Shown: positions 36,217-46,865 of the stretch, in pieces
Position numbering within the stretch: the stretch's first letter is position 1
Layout: each line of letters starts with the position of its first letter
Assembly: GCA_963730935.1 (NCBI GenBank)
Contig: CAVSTP010000004.1
Location: 1,600,001 to 1,664,000 of the forward strand
DNA length: 64,000 bases
Reading direction: 5' to 3'
Source: an uncultured Nitrospiraceae bacterium
Lineage (GTDB): Bacteria > Nitrospirota > Nitrospiria > Nitrospirales > Nitrospiraceae
Translations under genes and position numbers: made by a program
Notes under the pieces: generated by a model
Database searches by the model: none
What the model saw: only the letters and a program-made list of their open reading frames with translations
Told to the model about the DNA's origin: nothing

Positions 36217-37116
36217 TCACCGCTTTCCTTTCACAGGGAGAAGCACTCGTTCGGTCAAGAGTGCCAACTTTCGGCGAAGCCCAGCCGGGATGGCATCCGG
36301 GGCCGTGACGATCGCGTGCTGGAGCGCCTGCTGGCATGGACAGGCTGTCACGGATGCGGCGGACTTGACGGCGGCTCGCAGCAGCCGCTTCGCCAGCGCC
36401 ACATTCTGACAGAGCGTCGCAAGAATTGCTTCGACCGTGACGGGCTCTTCGGTCTGATGCCAGCAATCATAATCGGTCACCAACGCGACCGTGGCATAGC
36501 AGAGTTCGGCTTCGCGGGCAAGTTTCGCCTCAGGCAGATTCGTCATCCCGATGATGCTCACACCCCATTGGCGGTACAAATTCGACTCCGCCTTCGTGGA
36601 AAATTGCGGACCTTCCATGCAGAGGTAGGTGCCGCCCTGATGAACGGTGGCCCCCACCGACCGGCCGGCTCCCAACAATGACGTGCCGAGCGACGCGCAG
36701 ACTGGATCGGCAAATGCCACGTGGGCCACCATCCCACCCTCAAAGAAGGTGGAGATCCGTCGCTTGGTCAGATCGATGAACTGGTGCGGCAGCACCACAT
36801 CGCCCGGTGTTATCGATTCTTTCATGCTGCCCACCGCGCTCACCGAAATGACCCGACGCACGCCAATCGCTTTCAAGGCATAGATATTCGCGCGATAGTT
36901 GATTTCGGATGGACTGAAGCGGTGCCCGTGGCCGTGCCGCGAGAGAAATGCCACCCGAACGCCGTCCAATTCACCGAGCACGACAGGACTGGAAGGTGAT
37001 CCAAACGGCGTCGGGACCGTCACGCGTTTGACCTTGTGGAGCCCGTCGATGTCATATAACCCGCTTCCGCCGATAATGCCGATCTCCGCACGGGCCGTCC
37101 GCGTCCGCCTGGCCAT
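36217..37116 (-). CDS. mtnP: S-methyl-5'-thioadenosine phosphorylase
   Basis: GIIGGSG, RHG, EGPQFST, GMTNLPEAKLAREA, TDYDCW. Confidence 0.95.
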   Translation of the reverse strand: MARRTRTARAEIGIIGGSGLYDIDGLHKVKRVTVPTPFGSPSSPVVLGELDGVRVAFLSRHGHGHRFSPSEINYRANIYALKAIGVRRVISVSAVGSMKESITPGDVVLPHQFIDLTKRRISTFFEGGMVAHVAFADPVCASLGTSLLGAGRSVGATVHQGGTYLCMEGPQFSTKAESNLYRQWGVSIIGMTNLPEAKLAREAELCYATVALVTDYDCWHQTEEPVTVEAILATLCQNVALAKRLLRAAVKSAASVTACPCQQALQHAIVTAPDAIPAGLRRKLALLTERVLLPVKGKR

Positions 37117-37143
37117 GATGTCTGCCGTCTCCTTGTTGTGCCT

Positions 37144-38139
37144 CTATGACGTTGGGGTTTCCTCGACCGCATCAAGCGCTGAAAGAAACGAATCGATGAG
37201 CCGGATGGCGCGAGCCACCGTTTCTTCGAGCGGTTCGGATTCAGGGATCATCAGCCAGGCTGTCTCCGCTTCGCGCCTGAACCATGTCATCTGCCGCTTG
37301 GCGAACCGTCTGGTATCGCGTTTGAAGAGCCTGACCATTTCCTTCTGATCGCATTCACCGGACAAATAGGCGGCCGCATGCCGGTAGCCCAATCCCGTGA
37401 GGCCTGGATCATCCTGCCGGTAGCCTCGAGCGAGCAGATGACGGGTCTCTTCCAGAAGCCCGTTGGACAACTGCCAGTCGATGCGCTCTTCAATGCGACG
37501 ATACAGATGCTCCCGTTCCCGATTCAGGCCGATCACCAGCGCGGAAAAAGGCCGTTCGGAAAAGCCGTGCTCGGCTTGGAACGAGGACATCGGGACGCCG
37601 GAGAGAAGATGGACCTCCAGGGCTCGGATGATTTTCGAGGTATCACGAGGGTGCAGTCTTGCCGCGGTGAGCGGATCAGTCGATGCCAGACGCGCATACA
37701 AATGATCGTGTCCTTGTTCGCGGGCTTCCTCGCAGAACTGCGACCGAATTCGCGGATCGCTCGGTGGCGCTTCACACAGACCCTGTAAGAGGATCCGGAC
37801 ATAGAGGCCCGTGCCACCCACGACCAACGGCAGCCGTCGCCGTTGATGAAGCGCTTCAATCAGCCGAGTGGCGTGCTGCCGGAAGAGACCGGCATTGAAC
37901 GCTTGATCAGGATCGATCAGGTCAATCAAGTGATGGACGATACCCTGCCGAGCGGCGGCCGACGGCTTGTCGGTCCCAACATCCATCCCCCGATAGACTT
38001 GCCGCGAATCGGCCGTCAGGATTTCGCTGTTGAGCCGTTTCGCGATTTCAATCGCCACGCGGCTCTTGCCGACGGCGGTCGGCCCGAGGATGACCACCAG
38101 TGGTTTGCGGCGGACTTGTCCCTCCGTAAGAGAAGCCAT
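37144..38139 (-). CDS. miaA: tRNA dimethylallyltransferase
   Basis: GPTAVGKS, DSRQVYRGMDVGTDKP, VGGTGLY, FAKRQMTWFR. Confidence 0.97.
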   Translation of the reverse strand: MASLTEGQVRRKPLVVILGPTAVGKSRVAIEIAKRLNSEILTADSRQVYRGMDVGTDKPSAAARQGIVHHLIDLIDPDQAFNAGLFRQHATRLIEALHQRRRLPLVVGGTGLYVRILLQGLCEAPPSDPRIRSQFCEEAREQGHDHLYARLASTDPLTAARLHPRDTSKIIRALEVHLLSGVPMSSFQAEHGFSERPFSALVIGLNREREHLYRRIEERIDWQLSNGLLEETRHLLARGYRQDDPGLTGLGYRHAAAYLSGECDQKEMVRLFKRDTRRFAKRQMTWFRREAETAWLMIPESEPLEETVARAIRLIDSFLSALDAVEETPTS

Positions 38140-38159
38140 CGCGTGCAGAGGACAGGTCG

Positions 38160-39956
38160 TCACGACCATCCGGTCCGGCCGAAAAGTTTATCGAGTTCTT
38201 CGCAAGAAAGGCGGAACGCGGTGCGCCTTCCATGCGGGCAGGTCGTCATCAATCCTTCATCCACCCAGTCACGGACCAGATGCTCAATCTCGGGAAGCGT
38301 CATCGTTCGTCCAGCTTGAACCGCGCTCTTGCAAGCCACCGTCGCAAGAATCGGCTGGGCCCGCGCATCCACTGACGAGGCCGTCGCCCATTCGGCCAGA
38401 TCTTCCAGCAGCTCGCGGACGAGCGAGGCCCCGTCGACCGGGCCAAGCCCAGCCGGTACGCCTCTCAAGAGCACGGCGGACGGACCGAACGGTTCGAGCA
38501 CCAGTCCGAGTTGCTCCAACTCGTCGATGTATTTCTGCATGAGTGTCGTCTGTGCGACGGTGAGTTCGATCGATTCCGGGATCAGCAGCGGTTGTATGAC
38601 GAGTTCTCGTTGCATCCACATACGCCAGAGGCGTTGAAACAAGACACGTTCATGGGCGGTATGTTGGTCGATTACATGTAATTCACGCCCCACCTGGGCG
38701 ACCAGATAGGTTTGAAGCATTTGCCCGAACGGAATGATCGCCACGCCCTGCGAAGCTGAATATGATGCCGCCGCTTCGCTGATGAACAGCGACTGGGGGC
38801 CGGCGGCGGCGAACGAATCAGAACTCTCGCCCGCGGTCACCTGCCCAGGGCCTGAATGCACGACCGGACGTTCCTGCGCAGACACGGACCCGAGAAACCC
38901 TGTGGCGGCCACAGGCTCGTCCGAACCCATCCCAAGCACCAGCTTGCGTTCCACGCCGCTGAACGCATGACGCACCGTCTGACGTACGAAGCGGTGGACC
39001 GTCTCCTGATCCGCGAACCGGATCTCACGTTTCGCCGGATGCACGTTCACATCGATGCGATCAGGATCGATGTCCAAAAACAGCACATAGGTGGGATGAT
39101 GGCCTTTGGGAAGCAACGACCCGTATCCCTCCATCACCGCATGGAATACGGCGGCGTTCCGGACCGGACGACGATTCACGAACAGATCTTGAGGCGTTTT
39201 GGACGCGCGCGCGTGGACGGGATCCACCATCACGCCGGCGAGCGTGCAGCCGGCCATGCGGCCGCGGACCTCTACCGTCTTGTCCAGAAAATCGGGTTGG
39301 TACACTTGCAGGACCCTCTCCCGGTCGGACGTAACCGCTGAATGGTTCAGAATCTCGTGACCATTGTGCGTCAGGCGGAAATGGACGGAAGGCCAGGCCA
39401 GGGCCACCTGCTGGACGACCGCGCTGATGTGCGAAAATTCAGTCGAGATCGACTTCAAAAACTTTTTTCGCGCCGGCTGGTTGTAGAAGAGGTCTGCAAC
39501 CTCGATTTTCGTACCCGCCACGGGCGGCGCGTCGGCGAGTCCCTGCTGCACGCCCCCGACCAAGGACAACTGTGCCCCGATCGCATCCTCCCTCGTGGCG
39601 GTTGCGACCTGGACATGCGACACGGCGGCGATGCTTGGAAGCGCTTCACCGCGGAATCCCATGGTCGTGATAGAAGTGAGATCCTCCTCCGAACGGAGCT
39701 TGCTGGTGGCGTGACGCTCGAAGGCGAGAGAAAGGTCGGCGCGCCGGATGCCTTCGCCGTCGTCGGTGACACGGATGAGAGCGCGGCCCCCATCCTTGAT
39801 GTCGATCACGATGTGTCGGCTGCCAGCATCAAGGCTGTTTTCAACAAGTTCTTTGACGACAGCGGCCGGCCGTTCGATCACCTCGCCGGCGGCGATGCGG
39901 CTCACCACCTCGCCAGGAAGCACCTGAATCGTCGGCGAACAGCGCGCAGCGGGCAC
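38160..39956 (-). CDS. mutL: DNA mismatch repair endonuclease MutL
   Basis: IAAGEVIERP, GFRGEAL, DVNVHP, DQHTAHER, ACK, CPHGR. Confidence 0.97.
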   Translation of the reverse strand: MPAARCSPTIQVLPGEVVSRIAAGEVIERPAAVVKELVENSLDAGSRHIVIDIKDGGRALIRVTDDGEGIRRADLSLAFERHATSKLRSEEDLTSITTMGFRGEALPSIAAVSHVQVATATREDAIGAQLSLVGGVQQGLADAPPVAGTKIEVADLFYNQPARKKFLKSISTEFSHISAVVQQVALAWPSVHFRLTHNGHEILNHSAVTSDRERVLQVYQPDFLDKTVEVRGRMAGCTLAGVMVDPVHARASKTPQDLFVNRRPVRNAAVFHAVMEGYGSLLPKGHHPTYVLFLDIDPDRIDVNVHPAKREIRFADQETVHRFVRQTVRHAFSGVERKLVLGMGSDEPVAATGFLGSVSAQERPVVHSGPGQVTAGESSDSFAAAGPQSLFISEAAASYSASQGVAIIPFGQMLQTYLVAQVGRELHVIDQHTAHERVLFQRLWRMWMQRELVIQPLLIPESIELTVAQTTLMQKYIDELEQLGLVLEPFGPSAVLLRGVPAGLGPVDGASLVRELLEDLAEWATASSVDARAQPILATVACKSAVQAGRTMTLPEIEHLVRDWVDEGLMTTCPHGRRTAFRLSCEELDKLFGRTGWS

Positions 39957-39983
39957 CGGCTTACGCTCCCAAGACCCTGCCCA

Positions 39984-40757
39984 TCATCGGATTTCGGCCA
40001 GTTTGTTTTTGGCGAGCTTGGCTTCATCCGAGGTGGGAAACTCTTCAAGAACCCGTTTCAAATTCTTTTTCGACTTCACGAGATCCCCGGTCTCCGCCGC
40101 GGCCAAGCCCAGCTTGTACAGCGCGGCCGGGACCTTCTCGTTTCCGGGGAATTCCGTCGAGACATACTCAAACGACTGCATGGCCCGCGCGTAATCTTTC
40201 TGCTGATAATAGGATTCGCCGAGCCAGTAATGAGCGTTCGGCGTCAGGGACGTGCCGGGAAAGTCTTTGACGAAACGCTGAAAGCCGGACACGGCCAGGT
40301 CGTACTTGCCGTTCAAGTAATCGTTATAGGACAAGTTGAACGCCGACGTCGGCGTGATCGCAGGAACATTCGGGATGATGGGCTCCGCCCCTCCCGGTTT
40401 TTGCGATTTCGCCGCTTTCGCCGAATCTGCCGCCATCGAGTCAAGCCTGGGCGTCGTGGATGCGACCACCGAGTCATCGAATTTGGACAGTCGGGCCTCG
40501 AGCTTCTGCATACGCGCACTGAGGTCGTCGAGCTTCGCCTTCGACGGCTCGGCATCCTTGACGCGTTCCAAGGAGTCCATGCGTCGCTGCAGCGCGTCCA
40601 GCCGCTTTTGATCCTGATCCTGGGATTTTGCGACAGTCGCCAGATGGTCGCGCAGTTCGACGAAATCCGCATGCTTGGCGCAACCGGCGATGGTGCCGAA
40701 AGCGGCAGCGGTCACCAGTCCCAGCCCAAGTCGCATCATGCCGTGCGTTACAGTCAC
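39984..40757 (-). CDS. cpoB: Tol-Pal protein CpoB/YbgF (short, lipoprotein)
   Basis: IAGC lipobox, coiled coil, NAHYWLGE, KVPAALYKLG. Confidence 0.88.
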   Translation of the reverse strand: MTVTHGMMRLGLGLVTAAAFGTIAGCAKHADFVELRDHLATVAKSQDQDQKRLDALQRRMDSLERVKDAEPSKAKLDDLSARMQKLEARLSKFDDSVVASTTPRLDSMAADSAKAAKSQKPGGAEPIIPNVPAITPTSAFNLSYNDYLNGKYDLAVSGFQRFVKDFPGTSLTPNAHYWLGESYYQQKDYARAMQSFEYVSTEFPGNEKVPAALYKLGLAAAETGDLVKSKKNLKRVLEEFPTSDEAKLAKNKLAEIR

Positions 40758-42289
40758 CGAACTTCCTTCAGCTGATTCAATTTATCGTAGGCCTTTCCGG
40801 CCTCCGGACTCTTGGGGTATAGGGTCACGACCTGCTTGAAGGCCGACGACGCCCGCTTCTTGTCCTTCAGCGCAAGATAGGCAAAGCCTTTTTTCAGAAT
40901 CGCGGCCGGCACCTTTTCGCTCTGCGGATAGTCGATCTCCACTCGATCATACGAGTCGATGGCCTGTTTATAGTCCTTTTTACCGTAATGGGATTCCCCA
41001 AGCCAATAGCGGGCGTTCGGTGCAAGATCCGAGTTCGGATATTCCGCCAAAAAGGCCGAGAATCCCTCGCGGGATCCGTCCAGATTGCCTTCTTTGAAGT
41101 AGGCGAGGATCCGCTCGTATTCGGCCCTGTCAGACCGTTCGGACGGACGGATCGCGGCGACCGCAACCGGCTCCGGCGATTCATCCGCGGCGACAGGCAC
41201 GACTGTCCGCTCCACCGCGTGGTTGTTCAATTCCGGCTCCTGGTGGGCCGCTGCGACAGACTCCTGAGCGGCCGCCTCAGCCGGTGCCGTCATGGAGGAC
41301 CGGTGTACGGACTTCGTTGTCTGAGACTGCCGTTGGCCCGCCTTGGGAACGGCCCCTTTGACGTGAACTTCCTGCGCCACTTGATCCACATTTTTGGCGA
41401 GGCCGTCGACCCGACGCTCCTGCTCGGTCATGCGTGCATCCAGACGCCCGACCTGCTCATCGATCCGGGCCGCGAGCTTCTGCGCCACGGAAGAAACGCT
41501 CTTGTTCACCTCACCCAAGTGTCCCGACATTGTCTTCGTCGTCTCGTTGATGTGTAAGGTGGAGGCTTTGGTGTCGGCTTCGATCTTCGTCGCCAGAGCC
41601 TTGTTGGCCTGCTCCTCCTGCCCGACGCGTTCACTCATAGAGGTCAAAGAGTCGCGGAAACCGGTCAAGGCCTGGTTGAATTGTGTAAATTTCGCCGACA
41701 ATTGTTCGGTGCGGACTTGGGTATCCGTCAAGGCCTTGCGCTGTTCGTCGAGCTTGACGTCCATGCTCTTGCCAAACGCGGTGTTGGTTTTCTGCACCAC
41801 GTCGATGATCTCCTTCCGAAGCACCTCCATCTGGCGGTTGACGTCATCAAGGCGCGTATTCACATCGACCCGCAGCTGATCGCGGTCCGATTTGTTCTTC
41901 AAGTCCTGGGCGTTGAGGCTCTCGCGCACCTGGGCATAGCGATTGGCGTTTTCTGCATCCAGCTTTGCGGACAACTGCTCCATCTTCTTCGTCTGCTGCT
42001 CGAGCACCGCCGACCGTTGCCGCAGATCGTCCTGCGCTCGTTGAATCTCCTGCGCCTGATGCTGCGCCTTTTCGAGCTCTCCGCGCAGCTTAGGAAGCTC
42101 CTGACTTTTCAGCTCTTCGAGTTCTTGCCGCTGCTGAGCCCCCCGCTGGGCCAGGGCCTCGTTCGATTGATTGAACCGGCGCTCAGCGCTCTTCAAATCA
42201 GCCTGCTGGGCCACGCAGCCGTTCAAGAGGCTGATCGACAGCAGGCAAACCAGCGTTCCAACGCTTCGCACATGCCACGCGATATTCAT
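40754..42289 (-). CDS. Long coiled-coil CpoB/YbgF-like lipoprotein
   Basis: LNGC lipobox, about 290-aa coiled coil, NARYWLGE...KVPAAILKKG TPR domain. Confidence 0.85.
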   Translation of the reverse strand: MNIAWHVRSVGTLVCLLSISLLNGCVAQQADLKSAERRFNQSNEALAQRGAQQRQELEELKSQELPKLRGELEKAQHQAQEIQRAQDDLRQRSAVLEQQTKKMEQLSAKLDAENANRYAQVRESLNAQDLKNKSDRDQLRVDVNTRLDDVNRQMEVLRKEIIDVVQKTNTAFGKSMDVKLDEQRKALTDTQVRTEQLSAKFTQFNQALTGFRDSLTSMSERVGQEEQANKALATKIEADTKASTLHINETTKTMSGHLGEVNKSVSSVAQKLAARIDEQVGRLDARMTEQERRVDGLAKNVDQVAQEVHVKGAVPKAGQRQSQTTKSVHRSSMTAPAEAAAQESVAAAHQEPELNNHAVERTVVPVAADESPEPVAVAAIRPSERSDRAEYERILAYFKEGNLDGSREGFSAFLAEYPNSDLAPNARYWLGESHYGKKDYKQAIDSYDRVEIDYPQSEKVPAAILKKGFAYLALKDKKRASSAFKQVVTLYPKSPEAGKAYDKLNQLKEVR

Positions 42290-42314
42290 GGTGCCACCTT
42301 CGCTTGACACAGTG

Positions 42315-43025
42315 TTATTTGCCCGTCTTCACAGCCAAATGTCCCCGACGGTTCTGCTGATAGCAGGATTCAGCGTGCTCGAGACAAGACGGACGCTCTT
42401 TTCCATAGGAGACGACGGACAGCCGATTGGCGCTGATGCCTAGTTCCACAAGGTAGTTGCGCACAGCCTTGGCGCGCTTTTCACCAAGGACCAGATTGTA
42501 ATCCGAGGTTCCGCGCTCGTCGCAATGGCCTTCGACCTTGACGATCGCGCCGGGATTGGACTTCATCCAATCGGCGTCGCGGGTGAGCGCCTGTCGCTGA
42601 TCATCGGAAATCGTCCAGCTGTCGTATCCGAAAAAGACATCACGGAGCCCGGCGGCAGTCGAGGCCGCCTGCTCCGCCCGGATTTCATCCAACTGGCGGC
42701 CTGCCGTGTCGGAGGTATCGGCCTTGGCTAACAATGAGCCGGCGCCGGCGCCGGCGCCCGCCCCTGCACCGTTTCCAATACGTTCTTCGGACGGATTCTT
42801 ATCCAAACCCCGAAGACCGGAGCCGCCGCCTGACTGCATGCTGGTGTCGGGGAAATTACCGACGCCCGTTCGGCTGCTCTCCGTACTTTCACTTTTCGCC
42901 GCCTTGCTTTGGGACGATTGGGTGTCGCCGCCGGATTGCACCGACTTCTTGGAGCATCCCGAAACGCCCAGAAGGGCGACGCTGGCCACGAGTGCCAACG
43001 CGATCCTGAAAGGTGTAGTGCCCAT
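42315..43025 (-). CDS. pal: Peptidoglycan-associated lipoprotein
   Basis: VSGC lipobox; EGHCDERGT, YNLVLGEKRA, SYGKERP, NRR. Confidence 0.95.
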   Translation of the reverse strand: MGTTPFRIALALVASVALLGVSGCSKKSVQSGGDTQSSQSKAAKSESTESSRTGVGNFPDTSMQSGGGSGLRGLDKNPSEERIGNGAGAGAGAGAGSLLAKADTSDTAGRQLDEIRAEQAASTAAGLRDVFFGYDSWTISDDQRQALTRDADWMKSNPGAIVKVEGHCDERGTSDYNLVLGEKRAKAVRNYLVELGISANRLSVVSYGKERPSCLEHAESCYQQNRRGHLAVKTGK

Positions 43026-43078
43026 ACGCGTATCTCCTCTCTCTAAAAGGTGTGTCAGAATCTGCCTATGTGGTGTGG

Positions 43079-44407
43079 TCATGACGCCGGGGACCAGGAT
43101 GGCGCACTATTGTGGGTCCCCTCAAACGTCAGTCGTTCAAGGTCCTTTCCGTCCGCATCAATCATATAAATGTGACTCTTGCCATCCGCCGTCGAGCTGA
43201 AGGCCAAATGGCGTCCGTCCGGAGACCAGGAAGGTGAGTCATCGATACCACCCCCTGTAGTCAATTGCATACGCTTTTGTCCGTCGGGGCTAATGAGGCA
43301 CAACTTATACTCTTTACGAGGTGTGCGGCAGACGTAGGCGATCCAGTTCCCTCTGGGAGACCAGGCAGGCGCGGCGTTGTAGTCGCCTTCGAACGTCAAA
43401 CGGCGCACGTTCGAGCCGTCGGAACTCATCAGAAAGACCTGGGGCCCGCCACCGCGGTCGGATACAAAAGCAAGTTCTCTACCAGTCGGAGACCAGCTGG
43501 GGGACAGTTCACCGGCCGGATTGGTGGTGAGCCGCTGGACGGTTTTCGTCCTGGTATCGAGGCGGTAGAGCTCGGAATTGCCCTCATGGCTCGAAGCAAA
43601 GGCCAGGAAATTGCCGTCGGGCGACAAGGCGGGGGTAATGTTCAACCCACCGTACGAGACCAGCGTCCAACGCTTGCCCGTCGCGAGTTCGATCATATCG
43701 ATGTCCTGCGTATTCCGGTCGCGGTAGGCGGTAAATACCAGAAACCGGCGGTCGGGGGACCAGCGCGGCATCAGATTTAAGAACCCGTCCGCCGTCAATT
43801 GGCGCGAGTCATAGCCGTCATAGTCCATCACGAACAACTCGCGGGCTGCTCCATGGGAGGACACATAGGCGATTTTGGTTCTGGCAATCCCCGGTTCGCC
43901 GGTGTAGCGGAAGACCAATTCATCGGCAAATCGGTGGGCCATGAGCCGGACAACGGAAGGCGTTCCGGCATATCGCTTCCCGCCGACCACCTCGTCGCTG
44001 CCGCTGTCGTAGACGAAGCCTTCCATGTTGACGTCGTCTTCTCTTTCTCCTTTTTTAAGCCCTGCCTTTCCCCACACCAACACGGACACGCCATTTTCCG
44101 CTGCCTGCTTGAAGATGGCCTTCGACCCGTTTCCAACGCCGTTACCGACGTCTCGGACCTTGATCCCGAGGCTTGGGAGGTCCATGAGCTCGAAGACCAG
44201 CGAACGCTTGACGTCCTTCTTGAGGACTTCTTCAAGACGGCCGCCCAGCCAGTCCGGCCCTCCGTTGTTCTCTATGCTCACGACGCCGAGCGAGATTTTT
44301 TGAAAGTCCGGCCTCGTCGCCTCCAGGAAAACGTCTGCCGCACCGACCACGCCGGCCAACGCGCAGACGCCACAGAGGACCAGAACCACCAACGTTCGTT
44401 GATTCAT
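43079..44407 (-). CDS. tolB: Tol-Pal beta-propeller protein TolB
   Basis: AHRFADE, MDYDG, repeated PxWSPDG. Confidence 0.95.
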   Translation of the reverse strand: MNQRTLVVLVLCGVCALAGVVGAADVFLEATRPDFQKISLGVVSIENNGGPDWLGGRLEEVLKKDVKRSLVFELMDLPSLGIKVRDVGNGVGNGSKAIFKQAAENGVSVLVWGKAGLKKGEREDDVNMEGFVYDSGSDEVVGGKRYAGTPSVVRLMAHRFADELVFRYTGEPGIARTKIAYVSSHGAARELFVMDYDGYDSRQLTADGFLNLMPRWSPDRRFLVFTAYRDRNTQDIDMIELATGKRWTLVSYGGLNITPALSPDGNFLAFASSHEGNSELYRLDTRTKTVQRLTTNPAGELSPSWSPTGRELAFVSDRGGGPQVFLMSSDGSNVRRLTFEGDYNAAPAWSPRGNWIAYVCRTPRKEYKLCLISPDGQKRMQLTTGGGIDDSPSWSPDGRHLAFSSTADGKSHIYMIDADGKDLERLTFEGTHNSAPSWSPAS

Positions 44408-45405
44408 CCTGTGCTCTCCCCGACTCTAAATACCATTTCCACGTCCTGATACCCTTCTGTCATGTCCGAAGGAAACATCGGAAATTGACGCGGCTTGAGG
44501 ATCGCCCGCTTACCCGCGTCGTCGAAATAGCTGTTGCCGGACGTTTGTTGCACCGTCACGTCCTTCACCGTCCCGTTCCGGTAGTATCGAAATCGAACAA
44601 CTGTACTGTACGTTTGTCCGCTGACGTCGATCGGAGGCGGTTCCCACTGGCTTTTGATGATCGCCTCCACTCGTCCCCAGAACGGATTCGTCCCGGAGGA
44701 TCCGGAGGTTTTGAGTTGTGTTTGAGGCGCCTGGACTTGAGGAATGGCGGCTTCTTGCTGAGGGGCCGGTTTGACCGGCGCCTCTTTGGGAATGTCCAGT
44801 TTGGCCGCCGGCTTGAATTCCTTGACCTTCTTGAGTTCTTCCTCCAACTCGCGGTCAAGCTCTTCGCTGATGGAGGTCCGCTGGGGCGCCTGAGGCGTCT
44901 TGATCGCGCGCTCGGGTACCTCGGGGATACGAGGCAGGTCGGGAACCTGGATCTTCGCCGGCGCCTGAGCCCGCGGCTGCGCGATACTTTTGGCGGGGGT
45001 CAACTCTCCGAACCTCGGCGCATCGGGCGGAAGCTCCAGGTCTTTCAGAATATCCTTCGCCACGCTGGGGCGAGCCGGCACCGACACCGGTGTCGGCGAG
45101 GGAGCGACCGTCTTGACCGGTGGAGGAGGAGCAGGAGACGGTTTGGTTTCCGTCCGCTTGACCGATTCCACCGGCCGAGGCTGTTCGACTGTTTTGACGG
45201 GCGTGGGCAAATTGACGAGATTCACTTCGACCGCCGCCAGCGGCCGTTCGCCGTGGGGCGCCAGCCGAAGGCCCATCACCACCAGCAGCGCCACGACATG
45301 GAGGGCCAGAGACACCGTGAGCGTCCGCCCCAGGCGACGGAAAAACCGGTCCTGGTCATCCCGGTCGAACCAGAACGACGCATACAGCTGTGCGGGAGCG
45401 ACCAT
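44404..45405 (-). CDS. tolA: TolA/TonB-family protein
   Basis: SLALH TM motif, Pro-rich linker, TSGNSYFDD C-domain; lies between tolR and tolB. Confidence 0.8.
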   Translation of the reverse strand: MVAPAQLYASFWFDRDDQDRFFRRLGRTLTVSLALHVVALLVVMGLRLAPHGERPLAAVEVNLVNLPTPVKTVEQPRPVESVKRTETKPSPAPPPPVKTVAPSPTPVSVPARPSVAKDILKDLELPPDAPRFGELTPAKSIAQPRAQAPAKIQVPDLPRIPEVPERAIKTPQAPQRTSISEELDRELEEELKKVKEFKPAAKLDIPKEAPVKPAPQQEAAIPQVQAPQTQLKTSGSSGTNPFWGRVEAIIKSQWEPPPIDVSGQTYSTVVRFRYYRNGTVKDVTVQQTSGNSYFDDAGKRAILKPRQFPMFPSDMTEGYQDVEMVFRVGESTG

Positions 45406-45432
45406 CCCAAACCCCTCTCACGATCGACGGTG

Positions 45433-45894
45433 TTAACTCTTACGAGAGGGTGCGCGCGGATTCTGCGGAATCGGTGCCCCTCCGACCCGCTCCGGTCCCA
45501 CCGGTTCCGTCACCATGCCAATCTTCTCGATTCCGGCCTTCTTTACCCCGTCCATGACCTGCACCACAATGCCATACGGAACATCCCGATCGGCCCGGAG
45601 GTAGAGCGACACATCCGCATGCTCATGTTTCAGGATTTTCAACTTCTGCTCCAGCTGCGCGACGCCGACCGGATCCTTGTCCAAATACAGCCGTTGGTCC
45701 TTCTCGATGGTCAGCACAGTCCGCATTTCCGGCCGGATGGTATTGGTCGCAGACTTGGGCAGGTTGATGTCCATGCCGCGGTACAGCATGGGAGCAGTGA
45801 CCATGAAAATCACGAGGAGCACCAACACCACGTCGACCAGCGGGATCACATTGATCTCCGCCATGAAACGGCGTTGCCGCGATTCGAACATCAT
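45433..45894 (-). CDS. tolR: TolR/ExbD
   Basis: EINVIPLVDVVLVLLVIFMVTAP, LRAD..VPYG. Confidence 0.93.
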   Translation of the reverse strand: MMFESRQRRFMAEINVIPLVDVVLVLLVIFMVTAPMLYRGMDINLPKSATNTIRPEMRTVLTIEKDQRLYLDKDPVGVAQLEQKLKILKHEHADVSLYLRADRDVPYGIVVQVMDGVKKAGIEKIGMVTEPVGPERVGGAPIPQNPRAPSRKS

Positions 45895-46586
45895 CGCTGT
45901 GCTCCGACCGGAATCGGCTTCGCCTTTACCACAGGAACGGAGAGCGATGTCATTAACTCAATCGTGACCGTGTCCAATCGAAACGCCGTTCGCCGGATTC
46001 GGCTCAAGTAATAGTTGTAGGCGATGACCGCAGGGATCGCGGTAAACAATCCTGCTGCGGTGGCGATCAGTGCTTCGGCCACGCCGGGAGCGACCGCGGC
46101 TATACTCGCCGTGCCCTGGGTTCCAATTTCACGGAATGCATCGATGATGCCCATGACCGTGCCCAACAAGCCGACAAATGGGGTGATGTTGCCGGTGGTG
46201 GCCAAAAAAGGAAGGTAGGATTCGAGTCTCGCCAACTGACTGTGGGAGAGGTGCGCGGCAGTGCGCTCGACGAGCTGGCGGTCCGCCGCCGACCCACCAC
46301 CGTCCTGGCCACGCAATCCTGCTACGCGGTCCATCACGCCTTCGAAAAGCACGGCCGCGGGACTCGATTCCATGCGCCGTACCTGGCGGCAGAGATCGTC
46401 CAAATCCTTTGCTTTCGCGAGGAGCCCCATGAACTGGTGGTCCATGCGGTCGGCCGTTGAAAACGCACGCCACTTCATAAAAATGATCGCCCACGAGACG
46501 ACGGAAAAGACGAAGAGTAGTAGCAGGACGATTTTGGAGACTGCGCCCAACGATCCCAGCAGGCCTGTCATACCGAGTTGGAACAT
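45891..46586 (-). CDS. tolQ: TolQ/ExbB
   Basis: PFVGLLGTVMGI, VAPGVAEALIATAAGL. Confidence 0.93.
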   Translation of the reverse strand: MFQLGMTGLLGSLGAVSKIVLLLLFVFSVVSWAIIFMKWRAFSTADRMDHQFMGLLAKAKDLDDLCRQVRRMESSPAAVLFEGVMDRVAGLRGQDGGGSAADRQLVERTAAHLSHSQLARLESYLPFLATTGNITPFVGLLGTVMGIIDAFREIGTQGTASIAAVAPGVAEALIATAAGLFTAIPAVIAYNYYLSRIRRTAFRLDTVTIELMTSLSVPVVKAKPIPVGAQR

Positions 46587-46786
46587 TGGTCTATACCCTT
46601 TCCTGCTCGCATGAGCACTCCGCGAGGCTGCCTTGGAGTCTAACAAATGTCGCGGAAACTGGCAGGCTCGATAGTACCGCCCTGGCTTTTAGGCTACTTG
46701 TGGCGACACTTGTATGCAGTGGCGTCCTGTGGGAGCTGCCTGCCGCAGGTCTCTTCTCACGGTCGGTCAATGCGGGACGAAAAACA

Positions 46787-46865
46787 TGGCGGGGCCGACG
46801 GGATTTGAACCCGCGACCTCCAGATTGACAATCTGGCGTCCTAAACCAGGCTGAACGACGGCCCC
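46787..46865 (-). tRNA. tRNA-Asp(GTC)
   Basis: Cloverleaf GGGGCCG...CCAGA TTGTCAA TCTGG...TTCAAAT...CGGCCCCGCCA. Confidence 0.97.

Noticed and set aside
35299..39956. pfkB-mtnP-miaA-mutL arrangement as something unusual
   Set aside because: mutL-miaA linkage is widespread and the other two are ordinary salvage genes
42738..42768. GCCGGC-type short repeats in pal
   Set aside because: They encode a Gly-Ala linker in frame; no sign of phase variation
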